From: Yuukianura sp. NJ FZ-2021
Taxonomy: Eukaryota
Length of the DNA stretch: 64,000 nucleotides
Direction: 5' to 3'
Assembly: GCA_046563655.1 (NCBI GenBank)
Contig: CM102286.1
Span: forward strand, 4,712,001 to 4,776,000
Shown here: in pieces, positions 44,901 to 59,900 of the stretch
Position numbering within the stretch: position 1 is the first letter of the stretch
Layout of the letters: the number at the start of each line of letters is the position of its first letter
Notes under the pieces: model-generated
Told to the model about the DNA's origin: nothing
The model's input: the letters and a program-made list of their open reading frames with translations, nothing else
Database searches by the model: none
Program-made: the position numbers and the translations under genes

Positions 44901-47900
44901 GAAAAGCAAAACACGCGATTCCAATTTCACAATTTTGACAAAAAAAAAGTTGCATGATACACAATGTTTGTTTACGTTAAGAGTTGTTGCACAAAAGTTA
45001 TTAAATTTTAAATTTTCTTAAAACTTAAGTTTTCGATCGGACCAATCTTGATTGAAAATCAACAATTTCGAACTTTAGTAAACTTTAAGAAAGGAAACCG
45101 CAACAAGAGGCTGTAGTTGTGTTTTTGACATGTTGTGTATGCGCTTTTGTTGGCAAGTACTTCCTCAAATGTCAAAATCAGCCAAAGCACTTACCTCGTT
45201 TTCATTTCCGTCCCACTTGGCCCCAAACTCCATTGGCTGGCCTTTGGCTGAAGCACCGGCAGAATTTGAAATTGGAAGGGACATGGAGACAGTTTCCGAA
45301 GTTGAAGGACGTTGAGTGAGTAATTGATGCAATTGGCTGGTAGTTCCATTTGGATTTGTTGGAATACTAACTTTGAGTAGGTCGTTTGTGAGTTTGGTAG
45401 TTTCTTGAACAATGGCATTACTGAGTATTGTTGCAATCGTTTCCGGAGTCATAAGAATGTTATTGTTGTTGTTTTGAAGAAGAAGACTTTCTGGACTGTC
45501 GCCAACAACGGATCCTCCAGCTACTGCAGGAGTCGTCATCATCAGCTTGTCCTTGAGCTTAACCATTACGTATTTGCTACCGACGGGCAGTAGGCGGTCG
45601 GATTCGGAGCCTTGGGCGACATTGGGCAGGAAATCGGAGATGATTTTGGTGGGAGATTCAAGCGGAAGAGAACTTTTGAAGGATTCTGGAAGGTCAGCGC
45701 CAGGAAAAGTTTTGTTGCCTGGATGAACCAGTGGGTCGATGCTGCTACTTTTAGATTTCCGTTTCGATTTGACCACTCGTGCCTCCAATTTGTTTCCTAT
45801 TTCGGTAGAGGTTGGGCTGTGATCCATTGTGAGTCGACTGGTGGTACTGGCCACACTGTGTCCATGACGACTCTCAATATGTCGCCGGAGAGATCTTGCA
45901 TCACAGTAGGATTTACCACAGCCTTTGACTGCACATTCAAAGGGCTTCTTGTTCCTGTGCGTCAGCATGTGGCCATTGAGATGATCTTGACGCTTGAAAG
46001 CCTTTCCGCACATGCTGCAAGCATGTTTCCGCTCATCACTGTGCGTTAATTTATGTTTCGTCAGGGCCGAAGCATTGCTGAATGTTTTGCCACAAACCTG
46101 AACAAAAAATGTTTCTGTAGATTAGCCAACATCGTTTAGCAACGAACCTCACGTAACTTACTACGAATTCGAAAATTTCAAAAAATTTGAATTCTTTTGT
46201 TTTTTAACTTTTCTTTTCAACATAAATTACATAAACACTCGGACTTTTATTTTCTTTTTTTTTGCAATGAAAATACTGCGACTGAACTGGGGCAATTTGT
46301 CAAAAAATTTTGAATATGTCTATTTAATTTTTGAAAAATGGGTTTGATTTAGCATGATACAGTGGAATTAATAAGAAAAGCCAAAGCTATAACTTTCTGC
46401 AAGAACTTAATTAAGTTTTGCTCGAGAAGTTGCAAAAGACCACGGAGAGCATCTGCCTATGATTTGCAACATTGGAGAGAAAGCGCCAGGGAGAAAGTTG
46501 GCCGTTCGAACTTTCTCTCTCGAAATGCCGTCTTTAAGGCCATGATATTCCTTGAATGGAACACATCCGTCTCATCCTAATCAACTTAAGCTCGTCCTCA
46601 TCTTCATTCATTTCCCTTTGATTAGGAAAATACGATGCTCAAACACTAAGGCTAAAAGAACTTTGGACCTAGAATGCCCGGGTATTTGCCCAAATCTACT
46701 TCCGAGATCTCTTATCGAGATTCTTCGAGAGTCTCAAACGAGGACTCGCAGAACTTCCTTTGAAGAATGCCAAATTAACTGATCGCTTTTCCCGGACTCG
46801 TGTCTTATTCTATCGGCCTTTGTGCCATTCTTCTTTTCCTTTGGACCGAAATTGTCAAAAGCGGAGACTATAGAAGTTTCTATAGTTGCTAGATTTCTAG
46901 GTCCTAACAAAAGTGGGTGCCACTCGTTTTCTTACACGTTAGTCTGTCCTAGCCACCCAGTTTTGTTAAAATGGCTCTGCCTAAGACCCACTCCTGCGAA
47001 GCCCATTTAATCTTTCACACTCCAATTGGGATTAGGGGACACTTCCCATTGTCTCTTTCAAAGTGCAGTTCCCACTTGGCAATTTCCAAGTTCCAGCCAA
47101 TGGGCTACAGCCCATTAAAATCCTGCCCACTGACTTACTTAGCTTCCCATTCAAATTCTTGGCCTACTCTCCGCCATTGTCTTTGCAGGTAGGACACTTA
47201 AGACAGCAAAAGTCGCCCGATTAATATTACAGCGGAAGACTTTCCAAGAGAAACTCGGCATGAATCCCAGAGCACCACTCTTATAAGAGCATGGCAATGT
47301 CTTCCGAATTTTGCACATTAGGAATTTCATATAGTTTTTACGACAGTCAGTCACACCACCGCGTCTTAAACTAAAATGAGCCACCCAACCTGACATGCAC
47401 ATCTACATAAATTTTAATTTATTTTGGAATATGAAAACAAAATTCATTAGAGCAGTTTTGGTGAAAGCATGTTTCTAGTTTTTTTTTTTTTTAAAAAGCT
47501 AATCAAATTGCAATTGCAAAAGGTTGGTGACAGCTTCAATCAGGAGTATTGATTTCCAAAAGAACGATTTAGATCGAAACGTGGTTGCAAAACAGCATAG
47601 CGTAAATTATTCACCAAAAAATATTTTTGCAACGGTGTTTTCTATCGACAAAAAATGTGCAAACACTCTGAACTGAAATTCAAAATTTGTTACAAGCGCA
47701 TGCGCAACGGAGGGTTAGTGAAAGTTCGCGAAGCAAACGCTGAAGAAAGTGTGTAATTTTTTTTAACCTCTAAAACCAGAGAAAAATGGACGTACAAAAT
47801 GTAAGATTTCTTTCGTGCGAAGAAAGTTACAGAAAGTAAAATTTGGAAAAACGAGTTTTTCTTGAATCCAGGAGGGACGAGATTAGGATTTAAACGTAAC

Positions 47901-50900
47901 TTACTAGAATTAATGGAAAAACTTACGGCACAGCGCTGTGGTCCTTGACGATTTGGAGATAGGGATTTGGGCCACTGCTTATTCTTGGGCGTGTAGGAGT
48001 CCGTTTCGGATTCAGTGAGCATTGGGGTAGTAGCGTGACCTCCTGTGACTGACGCTGTCACATCCGACAAACTGAGCGACTGAGACGAAGTGCTTTCTTC
48101 CTGATGGACAGCATCCTGCTGGACGCCGACTGCGCCCACTTCATCCCCAGTGAACACGCCTACAGAAAAACAAAACAAAAATGGCATTCATTAAACAGTT
48201 TTCAATTCAGTTTAAACTTGGTTCTAAAAAAAAAGTATGAAAAAAGTTGTTCTTAAGAGGCATTTTCAGCCAAATTAGAAAGCTAAAACACACTGGACTT
48301 TCTCCATAAATCCACCTTTCCTCTGTAATAAATAATAAAGGCTCTATGTAGTTTATGGAAGACCAGAATTAAAACGGAAGTAGGCTATCTTATTAGCAAT
48401 ATTTTTCCACTCTAACGGCATCGCCCATGACATTTCACCATAACTCAAATGGTATCACCCTCAAAAATTTATGGGCTCACTTTAAGAGCTTTTCCCTTCC
48501 CACGCAGTTTGAAGTTTGGAGCCAAAAACTTCTGTGTCCATATTTTGTTTACTGTTTTAAACTTTTGAAATTTCCCTCCTTTTACCTTGACTTATTCTTG
48601 TCGTCGCTATCTTAACGTTCTTACGCAAGTTCACTATCATGTGTCGATGGTTACTTTCATCACAAAACAGCCCTTCTATGTCTTAAGTTAACTTTTGGTT
48701 TCAAAATCCATTATTTACGGATTCCAAAATTTAAATATTCCGCAAATGGGGAAAGTCTTGTTCTAAATTTATGTTCCTGCCTTTAGTTCCATTTTCCCAT
48801 TTTAATTTCCTGAAAACTACTTTTAAAAACATCACAAAGAAAATGAAAACATAGACTTTGTGCCATGGGGTTTGGAGTATGTTGCTGTTCGTGGTAAAAG
48901 ACATGTCGTGTCGTGTGGAGAAAAAAAAAGAAAGCTCTTTGCATGTGAATCAAGAAGAAAGTCTCGAGGAAGAGAAAAGAGGCTTTGGAACAAGATCAAA
49001 AGTTTAGTAAAATTCCATTATCAAATGGAAAAAAACGCGGGAAACTAGGCTTTTACGTTTTCTTTCTTCCTGATTCCCTCCCTGGAAGTAAACAAATGGA
49101 GAAAGTCATGGGTTCAAAAGTAGGTTAGGAAACAATTGTACCCAGTCAGCACCACTTGCCCATCTTATGATGTAGTAGTAAGAGGCTAAACCGAACTTCC
49201 AGCCTCTAGTAGCCCACTCCCAAAACTTTGTTTTATGTCTATTCTTCTTGCCCACAAACTTTGAACATTATCATTTCCCTTGTACACACAAAAGGAAGAC
49301 ATTTAGGGGGGATGAAGGAAAGAGGAACCAACCTTGAGACAGATTCAAAGATTCGATGGGATTAGAGCCGGAAGAAGACAGCAAAGTTTGGATCCTGCCA
49401 GTATAGTGGAACCGAGGGACATAACCTCATTCCTGATCCCTTCAAATTACGCTTCGGAACATCACAAAACCAACTTACGCTAAAAGACAATTCAAAAATT
49501 TTATCCTTCCCGCCTCAATTTTCCCTGTTACTCGTAAAAGATCAACCACCAATTTTTCCCTTCGAGTGGAACGTTTTTCTCGTAACAGAAATATTGCCTT
49601 TCAGTCTTAAGTCGAGATGCGTTTTTTAGATAAAGTGAAACTGTGTATGTGTCTGTCGGTCTGCCCGTCTGTCTGTGTTTTTTTTTCATGCAACTAAATT
49701 CCATTGTACTTTCTTTGTGTTTTTGGCACATGAAAACCTTTTTTTCTCGGTTTTTAATATTCAATTACAGTTATCTCATTATTTTTCGCCCAAATAAAAA
49801 CAATGAAACGAAATACACTTGTGCCACTGATTGTTGTTTTTCAGAAGAGCCTCAGAGCTCTAATTCCTTTAACAGCAGGATTTGAGCAAAGATTTAGTTT
49901 AATTAAAGGGAAGAAGAACGTAGGAGGAACTAACTACGAATTTTCTCAAAGAGAAAGCGAGAACTGGGGCGAAGCGAGACATAAAAGTTCTTAGCTTCAA
50001 TGGAACCTGATGCGGAAGCGTTAGGAGGTACTAACATGTAGTAGGTGGGTAGGCGGCTCTGACTGAGAAATTGGATATCAAAGGGAATGCCAAGAATAAT
50101 TTAGAGCCTTTCATTCCCCTTGATTAGATTATACCTTTAGAATAGAATAGGATGATTCATTCCCTTTGACAATTTCTAATTCCAAGTTTACGAAAGTGTT
50201 AATGAACAATGGATCTCTGATGTGGACTTTCTAGGCAACAACCATCCGGAGCTAACATCATCTCAGAAGGTTTCCAAAGTAGACTGTCAATAACATTAAA
50301 CTGACTATGTGAACTCAAGTATTTTGGCACTTTCAAATTTTGCGTCTTTTTAAATTTGGTAATTTATGAACCTTTTAATGTGCAATATGGAGGTGTTAAT
50401 TTGCCAACAGATCGACACCATCCTTTTGCTCCAAGTCAAAGTTCCCATCAATAGCAATACTTTCATGTAACATTAACAACCAACGTTAAGTACACGACAA
50501 GGGATGGTGTCATGCTTTCTCAACGTACCAACTGAACGCAGATGCGTGTTTATGGTTTTATACTTGAAAAGCAAAAAAATTTTTCAAAATTTTGAAAACT
50601 CTTCTTATGATGCAAGCTACCCTTAGTTTCTGGTAAGATGCCTTGAACACTTTTAAAAATGGTAAAATAAACTTTAAATCCTCATTTCACGACACAGGCA
50701 ATAATCACACTTCTTCATTTTAACGCTAAAACAAAAAAAAACTGTAAAAAATTCACAGCGCCAAAAATCAAATTTTATGACCAACCAACTGCGGCTTTTT
50801 TTCTCTTATAGTCTAAACTAAGGAATTGCGTAACTTTTTTTACGTCCCATCAAAAACCTTTAGCCTCCCTGATAAAAAATAAACCTCAAACGTAAACTCA

Positions 50901-53900
50901 TTTCACTAAAAGTAAACTCTATTTTGCCAAAAAACACAAACATTACTGAAGACACAAAAGAACATCAAAATCCAGACAGAATTCCAAAGACGATTCGACT
51001 GTTGTCGCCCAATTATTTATCCAAAGTCACCATTAAGAAATTAGACGTGACATAAAACGGGGAGGCTCAAAGTCTCTTCTTGACATTGAAAACAAATGGG
51101 GATGACAGGTTAAGAGTAACCAGAAATTACAATCGAAAAAGAAATTTAGTGTGAAAACAAAGGAATTTGAATTTTTTAACTTAAAACTCATCCGGATGGC
51201 TTTTATACAAGTTTAATAAATTTCAAAATTTGTATAATTGAACTTTCTGGCACAAGCTTCTGGTTTTTACCAAAAAAAAACCAATTTCATGTTTCTAAAA
51301 CATCTTTGAAATCTCACTTGTAGCCGCCTTGTCTTGTCATCTTAACGAATTGCAGCGTTTCATTTTTTGATAATTTTGATACAGGGATCTACATATTTTT
51401 TGATACATTGTGTGTAGTGGAGCGTTTCATTCCATTTCATGGAGTGGTCCGTGCCAAAAGTAATATTCAAAATTATGATCTAGTTCAGCCCAAAATTTCC
51501 GCATCTGTTTGATATTTTAGATTGAAAATTGTCAAAATTTTAAATAATAATTATTTTCAGTAGACTTTTTTCCTCAAAAAAGTTTCAAAATTCATTTCCC
51601 GTTTTTATAACCCTACAAACTACGATAAATCCGTTCTCAAGCTTAGGCCTATTTTTGATAGTAATCCATTATATGTTGAAGGTAACTAATTACCAAATGT
51701 CCGAAAGTTGAACTTTAGTGCTTGAGATTCATGATTCGACAAGGGCTAAATGGCACGTTTCAGGACTTTGAAAAATACTTTTTTCAAACAACAAATGTCG
51801 ATCCTAACTTTTACACAAAAATTTTAAACAAAAAATGTTTTGACCTTGTTCCACTGCCAAATTAAACTTGTGTTCCACAAAACCTTGGCCACTCAGCACG
51901 ACATGCCGCCGTGTTTAAAAGGAACCAAACCTGAGACATAACAATGTTTTTAAATCGACATTCTCTGTCTATCATTAATGAGTTACAGTTTTGTACTCAA
52001 CAACTGAAACCTATACGCAGTTAACACTTTTTACCACAATCTACATACATTATTACTATAAAAACATAAAGTTATAGTAACACGTATAGTAAAATATTAC
52101 AACACCGTATGTACAATGAATGGTTCAAAGGTTACATAGTGTATTTTACTATGCAATAGACGGTAACTGTCTCCGATGAATGTTGCATACGCTGAATAAA
52201 CGCAAAAAAGCGTAGCAAATGTTTACAAAATTTTCTCTTACAGAAGTTTCGGTGTGTTATTGTTGGCGTGTTCGTGTTTTTATTATTTTTAGTTTTACCT
52301 TTCAACAAAACCCTCTCCATACATTGCTCGGTTTGAAAGGCGTTCCGAATGAACTGAAACCTTCACGCAATAATAGTGTCAACCTACAGTAATGATCATT
52401 GTCAATTCAACCGAACACGCATGAGTCGTAGCTTCCAACCTTAAACTTGTCCAAAACTACTATTACGCATAGAAAATGTATTAAAACTTCCTACATGTAA
52501 AGCAATCTTTTACTTTCCAAAAGTTTCAAAAAAAATAAAAAGAGTATCGTAACAGTTCCAGCTTTCACCGAGTCTGTTTGGGAATAATATTGAAAGCCTT
52601 TTTTTGAACTACTAAGGAAATTGTGAAGAGTGAATTAGGATTTCTTTCGAAAAATTTCTTAGGAAATGAAAAGAAATCTTTTGCTTTGATACTTTGTCTC
52701 CATTTCCTTTTACCCAATTTCTTAAACATTTCAAAAGAAATTTTGAAGAAAAAAAAGTAGTAAAAAGTAAAAGAGGCCATCAGTTTCACTTTCACTTTTG
52801 TCAAGACCCAGTGGAAAGTGATGCATTTCCCTTACAAGCTGCGTCTAAATAATTTTCTCATATCATCAGTAGTACATGTATCTTCCAAGTTTACGAGAAC
52901 AATACCCGCCTCTTTTTTGTTCTTCTAGTCCGACTATCCCGGTTGGATTGAGCAGACTAACAAAACAAAACAAAAATGAAAGAAAAGAAAAACATGAAAG
53001 GGAAAGTTGGTTTGGAGTTTCTAACAAACCCTAACAAGCTTTATGTTTCAGTTATTCAATTCCGGCCTGTCTCTATTTTCCTTCATTGTTAGTTGGTGTG
53101 TAGGAAATCCAAGCGGGTTCTTGTGTCTTCCTGCGTAGATTTTCCTAGTCCAAATCCGCTCTGAGCCTTTTCACCCGACTTGGCCTACATTCGGAATTAG
53201 GCGAACGTGACAATGAGTTCTGCCTATTCTCCCGGGTATTCATTATAATCATTAGGCCAAGACCTCAGATGTCATTCTCACGGCTCAAAGGCCTCTTACA
53301 AAGATTTAAGACTGCTCCTCCTTCTCTCTCCTGCCGGTTAAGGTTCCCACAGCACGTTTAAAAGCGGTTTTTAGGCGGGAAGAGGAAGAAGAGAAAAGGA
53401 AATGGAGGAGAAAGCCAATTCTGCCAAAACGCTAAAAGAAGAATATCCCAACACCTTGAGCTCTTATGGCTATAGCCATCCTTTCATTTCCCTATTTTCC
53501 AACCGATTAACCTGCAACAGTCACCGCCCTACATCACATGGCCTGACATTTAACGTAAAACGACGTCTTTGGCTTTTGTGACCTCCAAAACCTTCAAACT
53601 TTATGGATTTCAAATAGCTTTTTGCCATTTTACCTTACTAGGGTGTGCAGTAAAGCATTTCATTTTTTTTTGCTTATCTCGCAGTTTTAACATCTTTGAA
53701 AACCTCGTCAAGACTTGTAATTTGGAACGAAATTTATAGTCTAAAAATGCAAATTTTGACACTGCTCGTTGACGTTTTTTGATTGAAGGAAACACTGCAC
53801 TTTGCACCATTTTAGCTAATCTAAAAAATTTTTGCTTTGTATTTCCCGCTAAAATTTTTGAAACACTGAGCGGGAAATGTATTATCGTTAAGATTAGTTT

Positions 53901-56900
53901 CAAAGCTACTAAGAAACTTATGAGACTTTCATACTGCGGATACGACAAAGCAGTATCGTTGTCTCCCACACGTGGAAAAGGATACGCCAATTATTATGAC
54001 CAAAAGATAATGGCGGTAAAAGTTCGAAGCGTCGCAGCGTATCTTTTGTTATTTTGAAAACACGTTTATAGAGAGAAAACTCCCATTCTCCTTTATCGTT
54101 CTGAGACAAAGCGTTATTGGAGGTAATGCCTGTAACTAAGCGACGTCCTGCCATTTCCTTTTGTTAACCCTAATGCTGAGTGATGCTTTTGGCTTAGGCT
54201 GTTGCTGCCTGTACTTTTTTGAGATGTGAAAGGAAAAAGAAGTCGGCGAGGCGGAAAGTAGCGCGAAAAGGTGAAAGTAAAAGTTGAGAAAGAAAAATAA
54301 AGTCCCAGGAGAATCCCATCCTTAAGCCTCTCTTCTTATTAAACTCCCCAGCAGCACTGGAGTAACATCAAAGCTAAACTTTGAGAAGCGAACCACCCCA
54401 ATTAAAACTAAGCTCCAATTTCCCTTGACTTTTGACCTCGTTTCCTCCTCTCTTTTCAAACAAATCCCACCGTTTCCATCATTAAAACAATTAGAAACAA
54501 GTCCAACTCCTTTTACTATGAACTAGTTACTCAAATAACTGGGAAATCTAAAGAGGTTTCTTTCATTTCCAACAAATTAAGTTTCTGAGAAGAAAGTTTA
54601 GTGAACTTTTAATTTCATGGCGGGGAAAATAATTTTGAAATTGTAGAAATTCAACCCACGGGGGACTGTTTCAAATTGGAGTCCTTTTCTATATTCAGAG
54701 GATCATGTGTGAGATGAGCTTTAGTTTCAAAAAGTTAAGACTCTGTGTGCGCATGATCCCATAATAACAAAAGTACATTTTGTACAATTTATCTGTCATG
54801 GACATTGAACTTTTGCAAACAATGGCCGTGTGTCCCAGTGGTGCTATTAAGAATATGGCTTTTGGGAGATTGTGTCGAAAGAGAGATGCGATTCCATTCT
54901 TCCTAAGCCCTTATCCGCTTACGTTAGAAATTCAAATGTCGTCTGGAGGCTGTATCTGGTCGAAGCAGAGGCTGATTTACCATTAGCTGCCCATTAATTT
55001 CAAAAGACTTACGAGAGAGACAAGGATTTGATCTGTTGTTAGCTTAAAGGCAACTTTTCATAAATCAGGCATGACGATTTTCTGAAAAAACGAGTAACAA
55101 TTTTTTTTTAAAGATTCCGCCTTATAACTCCTCCGCGCTTTTTCCAGAGTCGAGGGAAATGTAAATAATTTGTTTTGTGGCGGCAGTGATTAAAAACTGC
55201 GCGAAAGACGTTAACTTAAAATGTTTCCAAAAGAATGGATGAAGAAACAAAGTTTTTTAGTTTAAAGCATTTTTGGCTCTACGTAGGAGGTTAAACAACA
55301 AATGAAAGGAACGGTGCCAAAAATGCTATCTTTCCATTAACTTTTCCAGCATGAGGCAAGCGGGAGACTTGCGTAAGAAAAAATAATTAAAAAATACTGT
55401 GAAAAGATGCCTTTGTAATGATGCGACTTCCTCTCTCGTTTCGCTACATTTCCAAAAGCCAAGTTTTTAGTTTCACCACTAAACCCGCAGCAGCCTTCAA
55501 GTCGCGCAAGTTATGCGTATTAATCAGCAAAGGCCCTGAGATCATCACCTGGTGCCAGCCAAAAATACTAAAGGAAACTGTGACCCACTTTTCCTGAGGT
55601 TTCCAGTTCCAAAATTTTGAAACCGAAAAAAAAGTGGGCGGAGTGTCACCAAGATTAAAATCTTGCAGTGCTTTTACAGATTTGAGATTTCAGAATTTTT
55701 GAAAGGAAACAAATTTAAAATTTCAGACAATTTTTTATCTGTAACAAGAATTTTCTTATCTGTTTTCAGAGAAAGCAGATTTTGAACCGATAGAAGCCAT
55801 TTTTGTTAAAATATGGTGAAACGTTATGCTTTTCCATAAGTTGTGAGTTTCACAAATCCGCTTTAAGTGTCTTTCTCACTAAGCGTCAAAAGTTATGTTA
55901 CACTATTCAAAAACTGCAACGTTAGAGAACGTCTATAGACTGAATATTTTTAGACGCGTCACTAGTGTCTATAACAAAATAGTACTTTTGGGCAATTCAC
56001 TTTCACTAGTGTAGCGAAGTGACTTAAACGAGTGTTATTAACTGCCGAAAGGAAGAATATAATTTCTTGGGCATTGAGAGAAGGGCATTAGGTTCAAGTC
56101 CTTTGTAGTCTTTTCCAAAATCCAATTCTTTGAAAAAGTGTTTTTGAAAGGAGAAGGGGAAAGAGAAAAAGAGAAAGTGGGGAAATAGAAAATAGCTTTT
56201 TAGAAAAAGCTCTCGTAGCCCACTAACTAATGGAATAATCGATAGCTCACAGTGCCACTGGGTTAAGGGAAAGTCTTTTTTTCATTTCCCGCGTTTCTAC
56301 CATTTCCTCTTTCCGTCCTTTAGCATGAAGATGGAAGAAGCCAAAAGAAAGTAAAAGTGCGATTTGTGAAAGTGTGGGGGAAAGGAAGCAATTTCCAAAG
56401 TGTTTATCCCTCCTGTACGAACGCCGATTTCCGTTGCCAATTGAGCTCCAGGCAACTAAACTTCCTTCATTTTTCCATTTTTATTAGAAGCTTTAAGGTT
56501 AGGTTATAAACCCAAGTCAAAAATTGGTAGTTATTGAGAATGTGTAATGAAAAAGTAGACGTCAGAGGAAAGGAGAGATGATCGGCAAAACAAAATTTAA
56601 ATTAAATTCTATCCCCAAAATCAACAGTAATGTGGGTGGGACGGAGAAAGTAACTTTCAGGAAGCCAAGTTGAGACATTGGCTTTTTTAACAGAAAAAAA
56701 TTTCGTAAGAGAAAGTTTCGAAAATAAAGTTACACAAGCCAAAGCTAATTTCTAAACTACTCAAAAAAATGTTAACTCGATGAGCTCTTTTTTTTCACTT
56801 TTTGTATTTTTTGAAAATATTTGTCGAAAAAGTTTTGCATTCTCAAGTACAGCGAATATTCGCAATTTTAAAATCATAATAATTTTTGAAATCCAAATTC

Positions 56901-59900
56901 CACGGATTGAAGAAAAATATATGAAAATTTATAAGGATTTACATTAATTTACTCTTAAAGCTTGTTCCTTTCACTGAATTTGAGTTGAAAAACACATTTT
57001 TAGAAGAAAAATGCAGAAAGAACTTGAATCTACTGCTGTTTGTTGAAGATTAACTTTAAGAGTTGGGCAAGTTTATGCGTAGGCGTCACAGTGGGAACCA
57101 CACGGTATACGTTTTTACCATAATTTTAGAGAAATTATTCGGATAAATTGTAAACTGTCGTGGATCAGATTAGAAAAAAAATGGTTGTACTGGCTTTGAC
57201 ATTTTGGTGTTTGAGATTGTATCAGTTGCAGTGCACCATTGTTGTTGTAATTTTTAGACGACTCCTGAGTGTGCAGCAGCAGGAATTGAGCAAGGGAATG
57301 TTTAGATTAATCCACAGTCTACAAGATGGTTGTCGTAAGTTACAAGTGGTGAGAGTGAAAGCACAGTTTGCATCTTACATCTAAACTTACTTTCCCCCAA
57401 AAACCACTTCAAAATTTCGAGAGTAGAAAACAGAAAGACGTCGAGGGGGGAAACAATGAAAAGTAATCTTTAGTTTCAACCATCATCTCAAAACTCTGTT
57501 CAAAATTCAAAGTTCGGAGGCGCTGGAGGTGTTTGTAGTTGCAAAAGCAGAAGGGAAGGATAGTAAGTGGTTCATCTCAAGTAGCTTCCCACTTCGTCAC
57601 AAACTCAAGTCAAAATTAGTCTTAAGCCACCGCTAGAGCATAATGTGTTTGCAGAATGTCGTAATGAGAACAAGGAACAACTAATGGCTCTACCGCTAAC
57701 TTTGAAACAGATGGAATGGACGCAGGCCGCAAGTCACAAGGATTTCTAACCACGAGAAGCTCCTCGTCTTTCACCACTTCTGTCGTTAGTCGAACAAATG
57801 CCAACTTTTGAACAACGCAACAAATTTAGCAAGAAGCTTTTTTTTTTGTTCTGCTGGGTCGGTTAGTAGAACAAGAAAAAAAAAATCAATTTTCACTGTT
57901 GTTTATTTTTAATTTTCGATATTTTCTTTTCTGAAAAAGTAATGATTTATGTCTTCTGTATTTGACAAAAGGAGAAAGTTAATGACGCGTGTGTAAAACT
58001 AAACTGCCCAACCACATGATTTTTTTTTGCTACAAATGAATAAACTCTGGTAATTTACAAAAACCTTCAAGTAATTATGAATTACTAAATTTTTGTGTTT
58101 TTGAATTACAAAATTTCGAATTACGAAGAAAGTTGGCGGTTTGTGGCTTCTCTAAGTTTTCACTCAACGTAATTAAACTTTGCGTTCTCTTAGTCAAGGT
58201 CAAAAGTCTTGCCTGTAATAATTTTTCTCTGAAATTATGAATTAGTACTTCAAGTGTCCAACTTTTTTCATTTTCTTTTCAAAATTTCTCTATTGTGTAA
58301 GGAAGTACAATGGTGGTAATACTCTATTCTTTTATTATCCAACTGAAAGGAGCAGCATTTGTTCAAATGTTCCCAAAATTTGAGACTATTCGTAACTTTT
58401 CAAGGCCTTTCCCTTCATCCGGAATGACAAAAGAAGAGAAGTAAGAGAAAGAAGCTCTTTAAGGAAGAGAGAGGAGCAGAGTGATGATAATACTAATGGA
58501 ATTCTAAAACTGTCTTCCATTCCATCACAGAAACGAAACGTTTTTAAACATTCTCTACAAGCAGTAGAAGCAGCAGCGGTAAAAGGCTGATCTAGAATTT
58601 GAAATAGGCTCAAGATCTTAAAAGCCGATAAGTCACCCATACAAACGGTTAAAAAATCATGACGCACGATATCTCACTCCTTTTTCGTTTTATATTCAAC
58701 ATTTAAAATTCCATACGTTACGTAACCAGTCACTTTTCTTTTAAATCTCAAATCCAATTTTTGCAGAATTTTAAACTTTTCAAACACCGACTTCCGCTCC
58801 TGCTCTATTTTCTTCAGAATTTCCACTTTCGTCAAAAAAAAAGAATTTCTACACACCAAAAGTTTTCTGTTTCGCAATCTAAAGTCAAGTGAAGCATTTT
58901 ATGGTAAACAGTATCCAATTTCCAAATGCCCAAAATCGTTAAAGGCGCAGTTAGGGTGGAAAAGTGAAACATCTGAAAATTGTTCTAAGCCGCCAAATTT
59001 TGAATCGATCAATGACGCAATTTTGGTCGTAACGAACTCAAACGAACATCAAAAACCATTCCAAAACACCATTGAGTCACGCGGATATGAGGTACTCAGT
59101 AGGCGTTACGTAAATTTTTGAATGAGCCGCTCTAAATACAGTTCCCATTTCTGTTTTCAGCTTCTACTGCACAAGTAAACCTATGTAGACTATTACAGTT
59201 AGTGTAGTTAATGCATATGGGTACCAAATGGAGTTCAAACAGGATTTTATTTCCTTCATTTTCCCAAAACACATCTCATCCCTTCACACACTAAAATGCT
59301 AATGTGCATCAAGTTAAGTCCTTGTGCAGTCTCCCCAGAGAGAATTCTGATCTTTATACGCTGACTAAGGCAAAGGAAAGGAACTAGGTTGACTCTCTGA
59401 ATAGGTTTAGGAACTCTAAGATTTGGTCCAGGAAAACGTAGACTGTGGGAAGTTTATGTTAGGTAATAAGATAGAAATGCTTTTCTCCAAAAGTTTCCCA
59501 TCAGAAACAGAGGCTGTCTTGGAGAAAGTTAGGTTAGGTAACGTAGGTCTTTTACTTTATAACTTCAAAGCGTCCTTCACTTCCACATGTGTGGCCACCC
59601 CTGATTTGAAGTTTCCCTCTACACACATACATAGGAAGCCCTCTAATGCTCAAGTCGGAACAATAATTTACTTCTCTAATTTCCTCATATCGTTCCATTT
59701 ATGATTATGGGCCTCTCTTGTTTGAAACTGGGCTTTAATCGAATTCAATTTCCCCCGTTCGCTTTTAAATTCTCCATGGCCAAGGCACGTTTTCTCAAAA
59801 TCTTAAAAAAGTTTCAAAAAAGACAGACTCAGCGTCTACCCTAATCCCGGACTCTACTTTGCTGTAAGACGCGGAATGATTTAAAACTACTTCCTTCGTT

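Noticed and set aside
49470..49490. TTGTCTTTTAG-C-GTAAGT (-) resembling a recursive-splicing ratchet point
   Set aside because: Ratchet points are AG|GT with no intervening base; the extra C would frameshift. Probably chance.
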